Shown here piece by piece: positions 1-9,211 of a stretch of DNA of 27,666 nucleotides. The DNA lies in assembly GCA_034661055.1 (NCBI GenBank), contig JAYEKO010000002.1, positions 1 to 27,666 of the forward strand, read 5' to 3'. A model generated the notes under the pieces. The model was not told where the DNA came from. It saw only the letters and a program-made list of their open reading frames with translations, and made no database searches. Positions within the stretch are counted from its first letter, which is position 1, and every line of letters starts with the position of its first letter. Origin of the DNA: Campylobacterota bacterium. Lineage in GTDB: Bacteria > Campylobacterota > Campylobacteria > Campylobacterales > Sulfurimonadaceae. The position numbers were made by a program, and so were the translations under genes.

Positions 1-4
1 TTAA

Positions 5-80
5 TGGTGGAGCATAGCGGGATCGAACCGCTGACCTCTTCGCTGCCAGCGAAGCGCTCTCCCAGCTGAGCTAATGCCCC
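5..80 (-). tRNA. tRNA-Ala(GGC)
   Basis: The reverse complement reads GGGGCATTAGCTCAGCTGGGAGAGCG...CTTCG-CTGGCAG-CGAAG...GGTTCGATCC...CTCCACCA. It is 76 nt with anticodon GGC and an encoded CCA. Confidence 0.97.
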
Positions 81-104
81 ATTTTAAATTACATGTAATT
101 TTAA

Positions 105-192
105 TGGCAGAGAGGAAGGGATTCGAACCCTCGGTAGAGTTAACTACACACGCGTTCCAGGCGTGCGCCTTCGACCACTCGGCCACCTCTCT
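105..192 (-). tRNA. tRNA-Ser(GGA)
   Basis: The reverse complement reads AGAGAGGTGGCCGAGTGGTCGAAGGCG-CACGC-CTGGAAC-GCGTG, then a long variable arm, GGTTCGAATCC and a GCCA end. It is 88 nt. Confidence 0.97.
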
Positions 193-207
193 TTGATTGG
201 GAAGTGG

Positions 208-213
208 ATTATA
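208..213 (-). promoter_or_regulatory. -10 box (TATAAT) for the tRNA-Ser/tRNA-Ala transcript
   Basis: ATTATA on + is TATAAT on -, 15 nt upstream of the tRNA-Ser 5' end. Confidence 0.55.
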
Positions 214-238
214 GGCTAAATAGACTTAAATTTACAAA

Positions 239-247
239 TGGTATAAT
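239..247 (+). promoter_or_regulatory. Extended -10 promoter (TGgTATAAT) for lipoprotein-cobQ-cbiB
   Basis: Perfect TGnTATAAT upstream of an AAGGAG RBS and the ATG at 309. Confidence 0.6.
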
Positions 248-308
248 AGTACTAATCACAATTATTTCACAGTAGTACGATACGATTTGAAAATTAAGGA
301 GCGCTTTA

Positions 309-1055
309 ATGAAGACAATTAAACTACTATTAATTGCTATAACAACACTATTTTTTATGAGTGGCTGTTATGACTATTTAGAAGATGAATATCTTGGTGA
401 ATATTACAAAGATAGTGCTTTTAATGTTGTCAATATGAAAGTGGGAAGTGATACAGAGATGGCGATGTATTTCGATGATGACAACTACCCAATAATAGAC
501 TACCGATACAACTACAGTGAGTCTATCGATTATGATCTTCACCTTTTAAATAACACATTTGCTGAGATTTATCTGCAAGATCGTTACAATAATGGATTTT
601 CTAGCGGTTTTTTACAAAGAGAGAGCCAGACTATGTTGATTTTTGGAGCTGATGTGTATGATGAAGAGTTAAATATTATTCCACAAGTGCGTATATTTGA
701 AAATAAGCCTCCTCAACATAATAATGCCGTTAACATTAACATAATAAATGCTCTGCCTACAGAAGAGTTTAGTAATTTTTTGCCATATTTAGGGTTTGAA
801 TCTACACTTTTTTTGGAAGTAAATGGCTACAGAGTCAGCAATTCTATTGACTACATGCAAAATGACCGTTTTATCATAGACGGTGTAGATTACAGCAGTG
901 ATTTTGTTACGGTCACCTTGGTGTTAAGCGATGGTTCTGCTTTGATGTATGATTTGCATCTGAGAAATGGGCACTCCTATAATCTAGTTATTGGACATTA
1001 TAATAACTCTTTACTATCAGAACCAACAATTTACATGTACGATGTTAGCTATTAG
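309..1055 (+). CDS. Putative lipoprotein of unknown function; the C-terminal half weakly resembles DUF4397-type beta domains
   Basis: AAGGAG RBS and a signal peptide with lipobox MSG-C. 248 aa, rich in Tyr/Asp/Asn. The stop overlaps the cobQ GTG start. Confidence 0.75.
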   Translation: MKTIKLLLIAITTLFFMSGCYDYLEDEYLGEYYKDSAFNVVNMKVGSDTEMAMYFDDDNYPIIDYRYNYSESIDYDLHLLNNTFAEIYLQDRYNNGFSSGFLQRESQTMLIFGADVYDEELNIIPQVRIFENKPPQHNNAVNINIINALPTEEFSNFLPYLGFESTLFLEVNGYRVSNSIDYMQNDRFIIDGVDYSSDFVTVTLVLSDGSALMYDLHLRNGHSYNLVIGHYNNSLLSEPTIYMYDVSY

Positions 1056-2443
1056 TGCGCTCACTTAGTATTTTTGGAACTAGTTCAGATGCTGGAAAAT
1101 CTACCATTGCATTTGCACTTACCTATCTTTTACATAAGCGAGGGTATAAAGTAGCACCATTTAAAGCGCAAAATGTATCTAATAACGCTTGTGTTTGTGA
1201 CTATGGTGGTGAAATTGCCAAACCACAACACTTCTGTGCTGAAGCTATCAATCTTCCGACACGAAGTGATTTTAACCCAGTACTTCTGAAATCAGGACGA
1301 GGAAGTAAGGCAGCACTAATTCTTAATGGAGTGGCATGTAGAGAAGAGGATGTCCACAGTTACTATGAGAATCTTGATGGTTTAAAACCAGTGGTATCGC
1401 AGGCTTATGAAAATCTTTTAGATACATTTGAGTGTGTTGTGGCTGAAGGGGCAGGAAGCCCAGTAGAATTAAATTTAATGGATAAAGATCTCTCAAATAT
1501 CTACATAGCTAAAAAGTATCATACCAAGATTATTCTAGTGGCAGATATTGAGAGAGGTGGCGTTTTTGCTTCCATTTGGGGTGTCTATAATCTTTTACCC
1601 AATGAACTCAAAGAGAATGTTATTGGTGTTATTGTCAATAAGTTTCGTGGCGATATATCCCTTTTTGATGAGGGTGTCACTATTATTGAAAAGCAATTTG
1701 GTCTTAGTGTTTTGGGTGTTATTCCCTATAGACCTTTTAATCTTGGCTTTGAAGACTCCCAATCACTTTTAAATTACACGCAATATAAAAAGAGCCCAAT
1801 CATAAAAGTTGGTGTTATCTCATGGCCACATCTGAGTAACTACAACGACATTGAGCCGCTTATTGCAGATGCTGAAGTAGAGCTCTCTTTCATTACACAG
1901 CCATCACAGCTTACTGTATGCGATGTTGTCATTCTTCCTGGTTCAAAACGAACCTTTGATGATCTGAAGTGGTTAAAACAGGGAGGATTTGAGTCTGCAC
2001 TACAAGAGTTTAATGGCCTTATAGTGGCCATATGTGGTGGTTATGAGATGCTGTTTGATACACTAATAGATGAAGATGGAGTTGAAGTCAATAGAGGTGA
2101 AACGGCTTATGGATTGGGAATTATAAGTGATAGTATTATATTTAAAACTAATAAGACTGTAACAAAAAAAAGCTATAATATATTTAATTTGAAACTAAAT
2201 GGATATGAGATTCATAATGGTCAGACCAGAGTGTTTAGTTATGAAGATGATTGTATTTATGGAACGTTTGTGCATGGAATTTTTGATAATGACAACTTTA
2301 GAGAGATGATTTTTAGACGTGTCAATAGTAGTTATACAGGGTATGATTTTATGGAATATAAACGAAAATCAATTGCTGAGTTTGCTTTACATGTAGATTT
2401 AAACATTGATATGAGCAGTATTGTTAAGGTGTTAAATGAGTAA
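1055..2443 (+). CDS. cobQ: Cobyric acid synthase
   Basis: GTSSDAGKS P-loop, PFKAQN, EGAGSPVELNL and DIERGGVFAS motifs, plus glutaminase Cys (ICGGY) and His (GTFVHG). GTG start. Confidence 0.95.
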   Translation: MRSLSIFGTSSDAGKSTIAFALTYLLHKRGYKVAPFKAQNVSNNACVCDYGGEIAKPQHFCAEAINLPTRSDFNPVLLKSGRGSKAALILNGVACREEDVHSYYENLDGLKPVVSQAYENLLDTFECVVAEGAGSPVELNLMDKDLSNIYIAKKYHTKIILVADIERGGVFASIWGVYNLLPNELKENVIGVIVNKFRGDISLFDEGVTIIEKQFGLSVLGVIPYRPFNLGFEDSQSLLNYTQYKKSPIIKVGVISWPHLSNYNDIEPLIADAEVELSFITQPSQLTVCDVVILPGSKRTFDDLKWLKQGGFESALQEFNGLIVAICGGYEMLFDTLIDEDGVEVNRGETAYGLGIISDSIIFKTNKTVTKKSYNIFNLKLNGYEIHNGQTRVFSYEDDCIYGTFVHGIFDNDNFREMIFRRVNSSYTGYDFMEYKRKSIAEFALHVDLNIDMSSIVKVLNE

Positions 2444-3287
2444 TGTTTTAGTGGTACTGTTTGCCTATGTATTGGACAAGCTTTTTGGTGAGCTTGTCTC
2501 TAAAAAACATCCGGTAGTCTATATGGGTGAGTTTATTACATGGTTTCAAGAGAATTATTACAAAAATAGTGTTGAGCGTGGTCTTATGTTGGTGGTTTTG
2601 TTACTGCTGTTAGCTCTTGGTTTGACCTACTCTGTAGTGGAATACCTCTCATTTCTTTCACCTGTTTTTAAGATTATATTAACGGGCATGATTGCCTCTA
2701 TGTTTATTTCACATAAGGTGCTTTATGACACGCTCAAAGTGGTTGCACTTTCTAGTGAGCCTCAAAAGAGAGAAAATATTAGTGAGGATGATGTCTATAA
2801 AGTAGCTATTGAGAGTTATAGTGAGAAGTTAAGCAGTGGTGTTGTTGCACCGCTGCTGTACCTGCTGCTATTTGGCCTTTATGGTGCTGTTTTTTATAAG
2901 GTAGTCAATACATTAAGTTTAATGACTGCTCATAAAACTGAAAATTATAATCTTTTTGCAAGCACTTCAGTAAAATTGGATGATTGGCTAAACTATATTC
3001 CTTCTCGTGCTACGGCACTGCTTATTGCTACGCTCTCTAGTGGTAGAGGATTTTTAAAGTATTTTAAAGATGCTCAAAAACATAATACTCCTAATGCAAG
3101 ATACCCAATTATAGCAATGGCAGTGGCGCTTAATGTAAAGCTTGGTAAATCATCATCTTGCTTTACAGAGGGATGTACAGAGGTAGTGCAGCACGATGTT
3201 TTAGAAGCATTAAGGCTTAGCAGAGGTGTTGATAAGGTCATTATTACTGCTCTAACTCTCTTAGCCGGAGCTGTTTTTTTCCTCTAA
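2436..3287 (+). CDS. cbiB: CbiB/CobD-family adenosylcobinamide-phosphate synthase homolog with degenerate motifs
   Basis: Membrane protein with D-x2-FGE...HPVVYMG, GVVAPL and LDDWLNYIPSR, directly after cobQ. Several family motifs are altered (see findings). Confidence 0.8.
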   Translation: MSNVLVVLFAYVLDKLFGELVSKKHPVVYMGEFITWFQENYYKNSVERGLMLVVLLLLLALGLTYSVVEYLSFLSPVFKIILTGMIASMFISHKVLYDTLKVVALSSEPQKRENISEDDVYKVAIESYSEKLSSGVVAPLLYLLLFGLYGAVFYKVVNTLSLMTAHKTENYNLFASTSVKLDDWLNYIPSRATALLIATLSSGRGFLKYFKDAQKHNTPNARYPIIAMAVALNVKLGKSSSCFTEGCTEVVQHDVLEALRLSRGVDKVIITALTLLAGAVFFL

Positions 3288-3878
3288 ATAACTGTTGAGA
3301 ATTCTGTAGAGTTGCAGTTCTGCTTCGGAAATAGTTTTTCCAAATGTCATAATACCTTCTGAGTGACCTTTCATCACAAAAGCAGCACTGTTAAATGGAT
3401 TGAGACCATCATAAAGTGCGGCAATTTCACTGACCATTTCAGCTGTTCCATACTCTGCAGAGGTTGCAAGTGCACCATTTTTCTTCATAAATTCCCAGAG
3501 TGTCAAAGAGTGAATGTGAATTACTGCTGTAATTTCAGGATGAATGTTATAGATCATAGCATGACTTAAGGCCTCACTGCTAGGCTGATGCTTCCCTTGT
3601 GACGTGACACTAAAGTTTGAAAAGTCATAAGCACTAATGTAGGTGTAAAACTCATCTGCTAGTGAGGCACAGTTACCTGTTTGTGTCGCTGTAATAAAAA
3701 AAGTGCCACTTTCATCTCTTCTAGTTGAGATATTTCCGTAGCCTATTTCATCTTTTTGACCAATAAATCCTAGCGCAAAAAGACGTGATCTTAGCTCTTC
3801 AAGCTCTCTGTATTTTAAGAATTCTGGAGACTCCGCACTTTTATGATTAATACTATATTTTATGACACCATCAATCAT
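3261..3878 (-). CDS. Class II aldolase/adducin family protein (MtnB/Ald2-like)
   Basis: GNIS, FFITATQ, PSSEALSH, VIHIHS and KGH metal-binding pattern. ATGA overlap with mtnA. Confidence 0.85.
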   Translation of the reverse strand: MIDGVIKYSINHKSAESPEFLKYRELEELRSRLFALGFIGQKDEIGYGNISTRRDESGTFFITATQTGNCASLADEFYTYISAYDFSNFSVTSQGKHQPSSEALSHAMIYNIHPEITAVIHIHSLTLWEFMKKNGALATSAEYGTAEMVSEIAALYDGLNPFNSAAFVMKGHSEGIMTFGKTISEAELQLYRILNSYLEEKNSSG

Positions 3879-4939
3879 TGTAGCGCCTCAATAGCTATCT
3901 CTTTAGCCTCAATAAGGCCCGCCTCAGTAATGAGCCCTGTAATTAGTCTAGCGGGAGTAACATCAAAACCGTAGTTTACTCCTTTGGCTTTTAGTGGAGT
4001 AACACGAAGTTCTTGTGGTTTTCCACTCTCATCAATGCCTCTCATCATATGAATCTCATTATCACTACGCATCTCAATTTCAATCTCTTTAATACCATCA
4101 CAACTGTTAAAATCAAAAGTACTAAGAGGTAGGGCAATATAAAAAGGAATGTTATTGTCTTTAGCAGCGAGTGCTTTTAGATAGGTTCCAATTTTATTGG
4201 CAGCATCACCGCAACGGGTAACACGGTCAGCTCCGGTAATGACCATGTCAACCATCTCATGCTGCATGAGATGACCGCCAGTATTATCTGCAATAATAGT
4301 GTGATCAATCCCAGCATCAAGAAGCTCCCATGATGTTAAGTTGGCTCCCTGATTTCTTGGCCTAGTTTCATCTACCCATACATGCACGTCAATGCCTCTA
4401 CGTTGTGCTTCATAGATAGGAGCTAGTGCTGTACCACTGTCAATAATTGCTAACCAGCCTGCATTGCAGTGTGTTAAAATATTAATCTTTTTAATATTTT
4501 TCTCTCTCATAATATCTTCTATGATGTCACAACCAATAACTCCGATTTTCTCACTTCGTTTTACATCTTCATCACAGATCTTGATGGCCTCATCTTTGGC
4601 ATCATTGATGACATCATTGCTACTTTGAATTACATGTAACATTCTATCTACAGCCCACATGAGGTTTACGGCAGTGGGACGTGATGCACGGATTTTTTGA
4701 GCTTCTGCTGCAATTTGCTCTTTATTGCCATGGAGCTCTCGTGCTAGAAGATAGACTCCAAAAGCCGCAACATTACCGATGACTCCAGCTCCACGAACTG
4801 TCATATCTGAAATAGCTTCAGTGGCATCGGCACCTGTTTTAAGAGTTCGTACTCTATGTTCATGGGGCAGATAACGTTGGTCTAGTACTTCTAAATTCCC
4901 TTCTTTATTTAGCCATAAAGGTCTATACTTACCGTTCAT
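3875..4939 (-). CDS. mtnA: S-methyl-5-thioribose-1-phosphate isomerase
   Basis: LDQRYLP, MTVRGAG, RPTAVNL, LTHCNAGWLA, ETRPRNQG, ANKIGTY and FDVTPARLIT motifs. Confidence 0.95.
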   Translation of the reverse strand: MNGKYRPLWLNKEGNLEVLDQRYLPHEHRVRTLKTGADATEAISDMTVRGAGVIGNVAAFGVYLLARELHGNKEQIAAEAQKIRASRPTAVNLMWAVDRMLHVIQSSNDVINDAKDEAIKICDEDVKRSEKIGVIGCDIIEDIMREKNIKKINILTHCNAGWLAIIDSGTALAPIYEAQRRGIDVHVWVDETRPRNQGANLTSWELLDAGIDHTIIADNTGGHLMQHEMVDMVITGADRVTRCGDAANKIGTYLKALAAKDNNIPFYIALPLSTFDFNSCDGIKEIEIEMRSDNEIHMMRGIDESGKPQELRVTPLKAKGVNYGFDVTPARLITGLITEAGLIEAKEIAIEALQ

Positions 4940-6155
4940 TATTGTCCTTTATTAGTGTTATTAACTCTTGTATGTTTTTTACATGTAAATGCTGTTTAAT
5001 CAACTGCTCACCTACTTTAAGAGCTACTCTATTGGCCTTCTCTCTTAACGCATCATCTTCTATGCCGCGAATGTCTTCTACTCCAGCAATGCCAAGTTGT
5101 CGTCTCATAATCTTACATCCAGCAAAGCCAACACTCTCTTGAAGTAGTTTTAGCATAAACTCTTTTTTATAGATGTCTAACATATCGGCAGTAGCAAAGC
5201 CATCACTTAGAAGTGCACTCTCATCGGTCTTATTCCAAAGAGTTAAGAACTTCTCTTCAAAGAGCTTCCACACCTCTTTAATAGTCTCTAGAGTCCAGTT
5301 TGTGTAAACTGTATTGCCATCTTGGACTCTATGTGAGATCCAGGACATTACGAGATTGGCAATGAGTGCGCCAATATCAAATCCCATAGGACCTACAAAA
5401 GCAAATTCAGAATCAATCACATAAGTCTCATCTTGGTTAATCATAATAGAGCCAGTGTGCAGATCTCCATGAAGTAGGGCATCGCTCTGGTTCATAAATG
5501 TGTATTTAAGCTGTAAAATCTTGGTCTTTAGTTCAATATCATTGGCAATTTTGTGTGCAATATCTGAAAGTTCAGGAAGTTGTGCATTGGTCTCATGTCG
5601 CATAAATGGGGCAGTGAAGACAAAATCTTCAGTAAGTTTGCACAGTTCACTATTTGAAATAAATCTAGAAGTAAGTTTTCGCTTATCGCTACTATTAAGA
5701 GATAGTGATGAGGTTTTAAAAAGAGCATTAGCCAAATAGCTGCTAATATGCTCTGAAAACTTTGGATAGATGACCCCCTCAATCATTCCTTTGCGCATAA
5801 TAATATGCTCACCTAAATATTCCATAATAATCATACTCATCTCTTCATCGCTGTAGTATATCTTTGGGATATGCTTGCTAAGTGTTGCAAAATGCTCTAA
5901 AGAGCGAATCTCATAAGTCATGCGCTCTTTAGAGAGTGGATAACTCTCTCCAACACAGCGTAAATATGGAACTGCCTGTTTTACAATTAGCTGCTTAGAA
6001 GCATCGCTATTTGAAGTCACTAAAAAGACAAAATTAAGATTGCCATCACCAATCTCTTTAACTGTTAGGGAGCTACTTGCAAAAAATGTCTCTATTTCCG
6101 GTAGTGTATAGAGATATGAACCAAGATTGGAAGTATCAAGAATTTTGTATGACAT
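4929..6155 (-). CDS. mtnK: S-methyl-5-thioribose kinase
   Basis: EIGDGNLNFVF, KQAVPY, LCKLTEDFVFT, LLHGDLHTGS and IDSEFAFVGPMGFDIG motifs. Start placed at ATG 6155, which has GAGG 5 nt upstream. Confidence 0.95.
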   Translation of the reverse strand: MSYKILDTSNLGSYLYTLPEIETFFASSSLTVKEIGDGNLNFVFLVTSNSDASKQLIVKQAVPYLRCVGESYPLSKERMTYEIRSLEHFATLSKHIPKIYYSDEEMSMIIMEYLGEHIIMRKGMIEGVIYPKFSEHISSYLANALFKTSSLSLNSSDKRKLTSRFISNSELCKLTEDFVFTAPFMRHETNAQLPELSDIAHKIANDIELKTKILQLKYTFMNQSDALLHGDLHTGSIMINQDETYVIDSEFAFVGPMGFDIGALIANLVMSWISHRVQDGNTVYTNWTLETIKEVWKLFEEKFLTLWNKTDESALLSDGFATADMLDIYKKEFMLKLLQESVGFAGCKIMRRQLGIAGVEDIRGIEDDALREKANRVALKVGEQLIKQHLHVKNIQELITLIKDNNER

Positions 6156-6181
6156 AGGCACCTCGTGATTAGAATTAGTTA

Positions 6182-6187
6182 ATTATA
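6182..6187 (-). promoter_or_regulatory. -10 box (TATAAT) for mtnK-mtnA-aldolase
   Basis: gcTATAAT on - in the short btuC-mtnK gap. Confidence 0.5.
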
Positions 6188-6198
6188 GCTTTTTAGAG

Positions 6199-7158
6199 CT
6201 ATTTTTTTGTAATAATTAAATAGATAAAGAACGGTCCACCAATAAGTGAGGTAATAATACCAATGGGAATCTCACTTCCAAAACTAAGTAGTCGTGCCAC
6301 TACATCACAAGCGACTAAAAAAAGTCCACCCATGAAAAATGTAGGCGTAATAAGCTGGGTGATGTTACGCTCATAGAGTGAACGAACAATATGCGGTACC
6401 ACAAGCCCCACAAAACCAATAGGTCCTGTAAGACTAACAAGCATGCCGATACTAATAGAAGCAATAATGAGCAGATGAAGGCGCAGTTTGTGACTATTAA
6501 CCCCTTTGAGTTGTGCTTGATCTTCTGAGAGTGCAAGAAGATGAAGTTCATAACGTTTTAGATATAACACTATTAAAAGTAGCAGTGTCGTGATGCTAAC
6601 AATTATCGTATTTGTGTAGCCAATAGTAGAGAGGGAGCCCATGGTAAAACGTAGTAGCATATGACTCTGAGTAATGCTACTAAGATAGTATATAATCATC
6701 AATGCTGAAGTGTAAAAAAATGAGAGGGCAATTCCTAAGAGTAAAAAAGAGTTACTGCGGTCATGATTTAAGAAGTGACTAAGCCATAGCAGAAGCAAGA
6801 TGGTGAGTAGTGCTCCTAAAAAACCAAAAAAAGTGATAGCTCCTACTCCAAAAAAAAGCGCGCCCGCACCAAGCTTTATGCCAATGCCTGCGCCTAAAAT
6901 GGCACCACTAGAGACTCCAAGCGTATAGGGTGTCATCAGAACATTACGAAATAGACTTTGAAATAGTAGGCCAGCCAATGCTAAAGTAGCGCCTGCCATA
7001 AAGGCCATTAAGACCCTAGGCAGGCGCAGCTCAAAAAATATCTGATTTGAGAGCGTCTGTGCCGTCAGTATTTCAGAGATATTAAGAGAGACAGAGCCAG
7101 TAAATGGTGCCGACATGAAAATTATAAGTAAAATAGAAATGGTGACTAACTTAAGCAT
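6199..7158 (-). CDS. btuC: Corrinoid/iron-chelate ABC transporter permease (BtuC/FecCD family)
   Basis: LRLPRV, QSLFRN...PYTLGVSSGA, GPIGFVGLVVPH and EIPIGIITSLIGGPFF motifs. B12 substrate is inferred from context. Confidence 0.85.
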   Translation of the reverse strand: MLKLVTISILLIIFMSAPFTGSVSLNISEILTAQTLSNQIFFELRLPRVLMAFMAGATLALAGLLFQSLFRNVLMTPYTLGVSSGAILGAGIGIKLGAGALFFGVGAITFFGFLGALLTILLLLWLSHFLNHDRSNSFLLLGIALSFFYTSALMIIYYLSSITQSHMLLRFTMGSLSTIGYTNTIIVSITTLLLLIVLYLKRYELHLLALSEDQAQLKGVNSHKLRLHLLIIASISIGMLVSLTGPIGFVGLVVPHIVRSLYERNITQLITPTFFMGGLFLVACDVVARLLSFGSEIPIGIITSLIGGPFFIYLIITKK

Positions 7159-7888
7159 AGACTACCGCCTTGCTCTTCTCATCAAAAGAGACACCATAGA
7201 GTTTTTTTAGATTGGCACTGTCAAAAAATAGTTTGGACTCCTCATAAAAAACAGCGCTGCCATCCTGAACAAAAAGTACGGATCCTTTAAGATGAGATGC
7301 CAAAGTAAGATCATGAGTAATTAAAATAGTGGTATGACTCTCTTGAAGTGTTTGAAAAAGCTTTGCAAATATCAGTGTGTTATAGGGGTCAAGATTGGCA
7401 GTAGGTTCATCAAATATCATAATTTGACTGCCTTGCAAGATGCTTTGCGCAATAAGCAGTAGCTGCTGTTGTCCTGAACTTAAAGCCGTGATATACTGCT
7501 CTTTTAAATCATACAGTTGTAGCTGTTTTAGGGTGGCGTTAACATCGTCTCTATCTTTATTTGAGTAGTCACTAAATGGCTGCTTGTAAGGATAGCGTCC
7601 CAAAAGAGAGAATTCCTCTACTGTTGTGTAGTAGTCAAAACTCTCAAGTTTTGAGGGGATATAGCTAATGGTTTTAGCAATGCTGTTTTTACTCAGTTCC
7701 CGTAGCTCTTGTGTGTCTAGCGTGATACTTCCTTCGTAATCAAGAAGCCCACATAGTGTCTTAGCTAACATGCTCTTTCCTGATCCATTGGAACCAAGAA
7801 TACTTAAGTGCTCATTGACACTTAAGTTAATGCACTTTAGTTGTGCCTCTTGTGAGTAGCGACATGATACATTGGTTAATTTAATCAT
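7151..7888 (-). CDS. btuD: Corrinoid/iron-chelate ABC transporter ATPase
   Basis: Walker A GSNGSGKS, signature LSSGQ, Walker B FDEPTANLD and THDL. Start moved to ATG 7888 (MIKLTN). Confidence 0.85.
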   Translation of the reverse strand: MIKLTNVSCRYSQEAQLKCINLSVNEHLSILGSNGSGKSMLAKTLCGLLDYEGSITLDTQELRELSKNSIAKTISYIPSKLESFDYYTTVEEFSLLGRYPYKQPFSDYSNKDRDDVNATLKQLQLYDLKEQYITALSSGQQQLLLIAQSILQGSQIMIFDEPTANLDPYNTLIFAKLFQTLQESHTTILITHDLTLASHLKGSVLFVQDGSAVFYEESKLFFDSANLKKLYGVSFDEKSKAVVYA

Positions 7889-8675
7889 TGATTGCCTTGC
7901 AGATAACGTCAATACTAAGATTAATACGCTGCGAAGGAAGAGAGATGAAATCGTGATTTAAGACTCTAATTGCTCCATCTTTAGCGGCTTTAATAGGTGT
8001 CTTTTGCCAGTTTTGAATCGCTTTTTTGGCATTAGGATTGTTATTGCCGTTTAATATGATGACCCTATGAGGATTAAGTGCAATAAGGTCTTCATAGTTT
8101 AAAACTGGTTGCTGGGGAACAGCAGAGGTAAATGCATTTTTTGCACCGCATAACTCAATAATCTCATTAAAAAACAGTTTTTGACCACTAATGTAGATGT
8201 TGTCACTAAGGTCTTCAAAAAGTCCAAACACAATGATAACAGTGCTGTTAGTCTGAGTATATTTTGCTCTATGAATAGCGTTGTCAATATCTGCTATAAG
8301 CTGTTTTGCTTTTGCGGTATGGCTATCTGCAAGCTCAGCTATGCTCTTTTTAATATCATCAATGCTTTCAAGTACGATGACTTTAGTCTTAATGCCGAGT
8401 GCAGACAGCTGTGAGAGGAACTCCCCATGATGAGGTTGTGCAATAATAAGGCTTGGCTGTAGCGAGAGAATCTTCTCAATATTTGGATGAAAATAGCCAC
8501 CAACAGTTGGTAAAGTTGTGGCCTTTTGGGGGTAAAAAGTATAGTTGCTTACCCCTACCACTTCATTACCACGTCCTAAGGCAAATAGAATATCAGTTAT
8601 CGATGGGGAGAGTGCTACAATACGCTCTGCATATAGATTAAAAGTAATTAAAAGTAGAACTATTAGTCGCATCAT
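7881..8675 (-). CDS. btuF: Periplasmic helical-backbone binding protein (BtuF-like)
   Basis: Signal peptide, then ERIVALSPSITDILFALG...VVGVS, PNIEKILSLQP and EDLIALNP. Confidence 0.85.
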   Translation of the reverse strand: MMRLIVLLLITFNLYAERIVALSPSITDILFALGRGNEVVGVSNYTFYPQKATTLPTVGGYFHPNIEKILSLQPSLIIAQPHHGEFLSQLSALGIKTKVIVLESIDDIKKSIAELADSHTAKAKQLIADIDNAIHRAKYTQTNSTVIIVFGLFEDLSDNIYISGQKLFFNEIIELCGAKNAFTSAVPQQPVLNYEDLIALNPHRVIILNGNNNPNAKKAIQNWQKTPIKAAKDGAIRVLNHDFISLPSQRINLSIDVICKAIND

Positions 8676-9211
8676 AACTCCATTGTAACATAAGTCCCAT
8701 AGTCAAAGGGAGTGGCAAAGCTCTCCTGCAGTGAGATATTTTTGGTAATACTAAGTAGTGTTTTAATTACTCCGGCATGTGTAACGATTAAAGCGTGATT
8801 AGCATTATGTTTTGGTAGTTCTATAAAGAAAAAGTCGGTAATGCGTTTTGTAAAGAGTTCTATGGATTCACCATCGAGTGCGTTAAGCCACTGAGAGAAA
8901 TTCTCATAAGCGATTGTTCTGTTTATCTGCTCAAAATTAAGTCCCTCGTGTACGCCCCAAGACTTCTCTCTAAGCGCTTTAGAGTAATTTACATGTAAAT
9001 GTGTCTCTTGCGGGTAGAGTGCCACTAAGGTCTCTTTCGCTCTCTTTAAATCGGAACAAAACAGAGCATCGAAGTTAAACTCCCCAAACTCCTTAGCAAG
9101 ACTTTTGGCGTGAGTTACGCCGCTATTAGAGAGAGGTATGTCTATATGTCCATTATAGCATCCGTCATATTTTTCAATTACGGCGCAGTGACGCAGAAGT
9201 GTTACAGTCAT
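8672..9211 (-). CDS. cobC: Histidine phosphatase family, alpha-ribazole phosphatase-like
   Basis: LLRH, NGHIDIPLS, SDLKRAKET, LREKSWG and VTHAGVI motifs. Lies downstream of cobS. Confidence 0.8.
   Translation of the reverse strand: MTVTLLRHCAVIEKYDGCYNGHIDIPLSNSGVTHAKSLAKEFGEFNFDALFCSDLKRAKETLVALYPQETHLHVNYSKALREKSWGVHEGLNFEQINRTIAYENFSQWLNALDGESIELFTKRITDFFFIELPKHNANHALIVTHAGVIKTLLSITKNISLQESFATPFDYGTYVTMEL

Noticed and set aside
1..186. 61-aa ORF on the minus strand
   Set aside because: It is a translation of the two tRNA genes.
1..1055. Genomic island integrated at the tRNAs
   Set aside because: The tRNA 3' ends point out of the window. No integrase, att duplication or IS is visible.
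3261..3287. 27-bp tail-to-tail overlap of cbiB and the aldolase gene
   Set aside because: Short convergent overlaps are common in compact AT-rich genomes (also 22396-22399).
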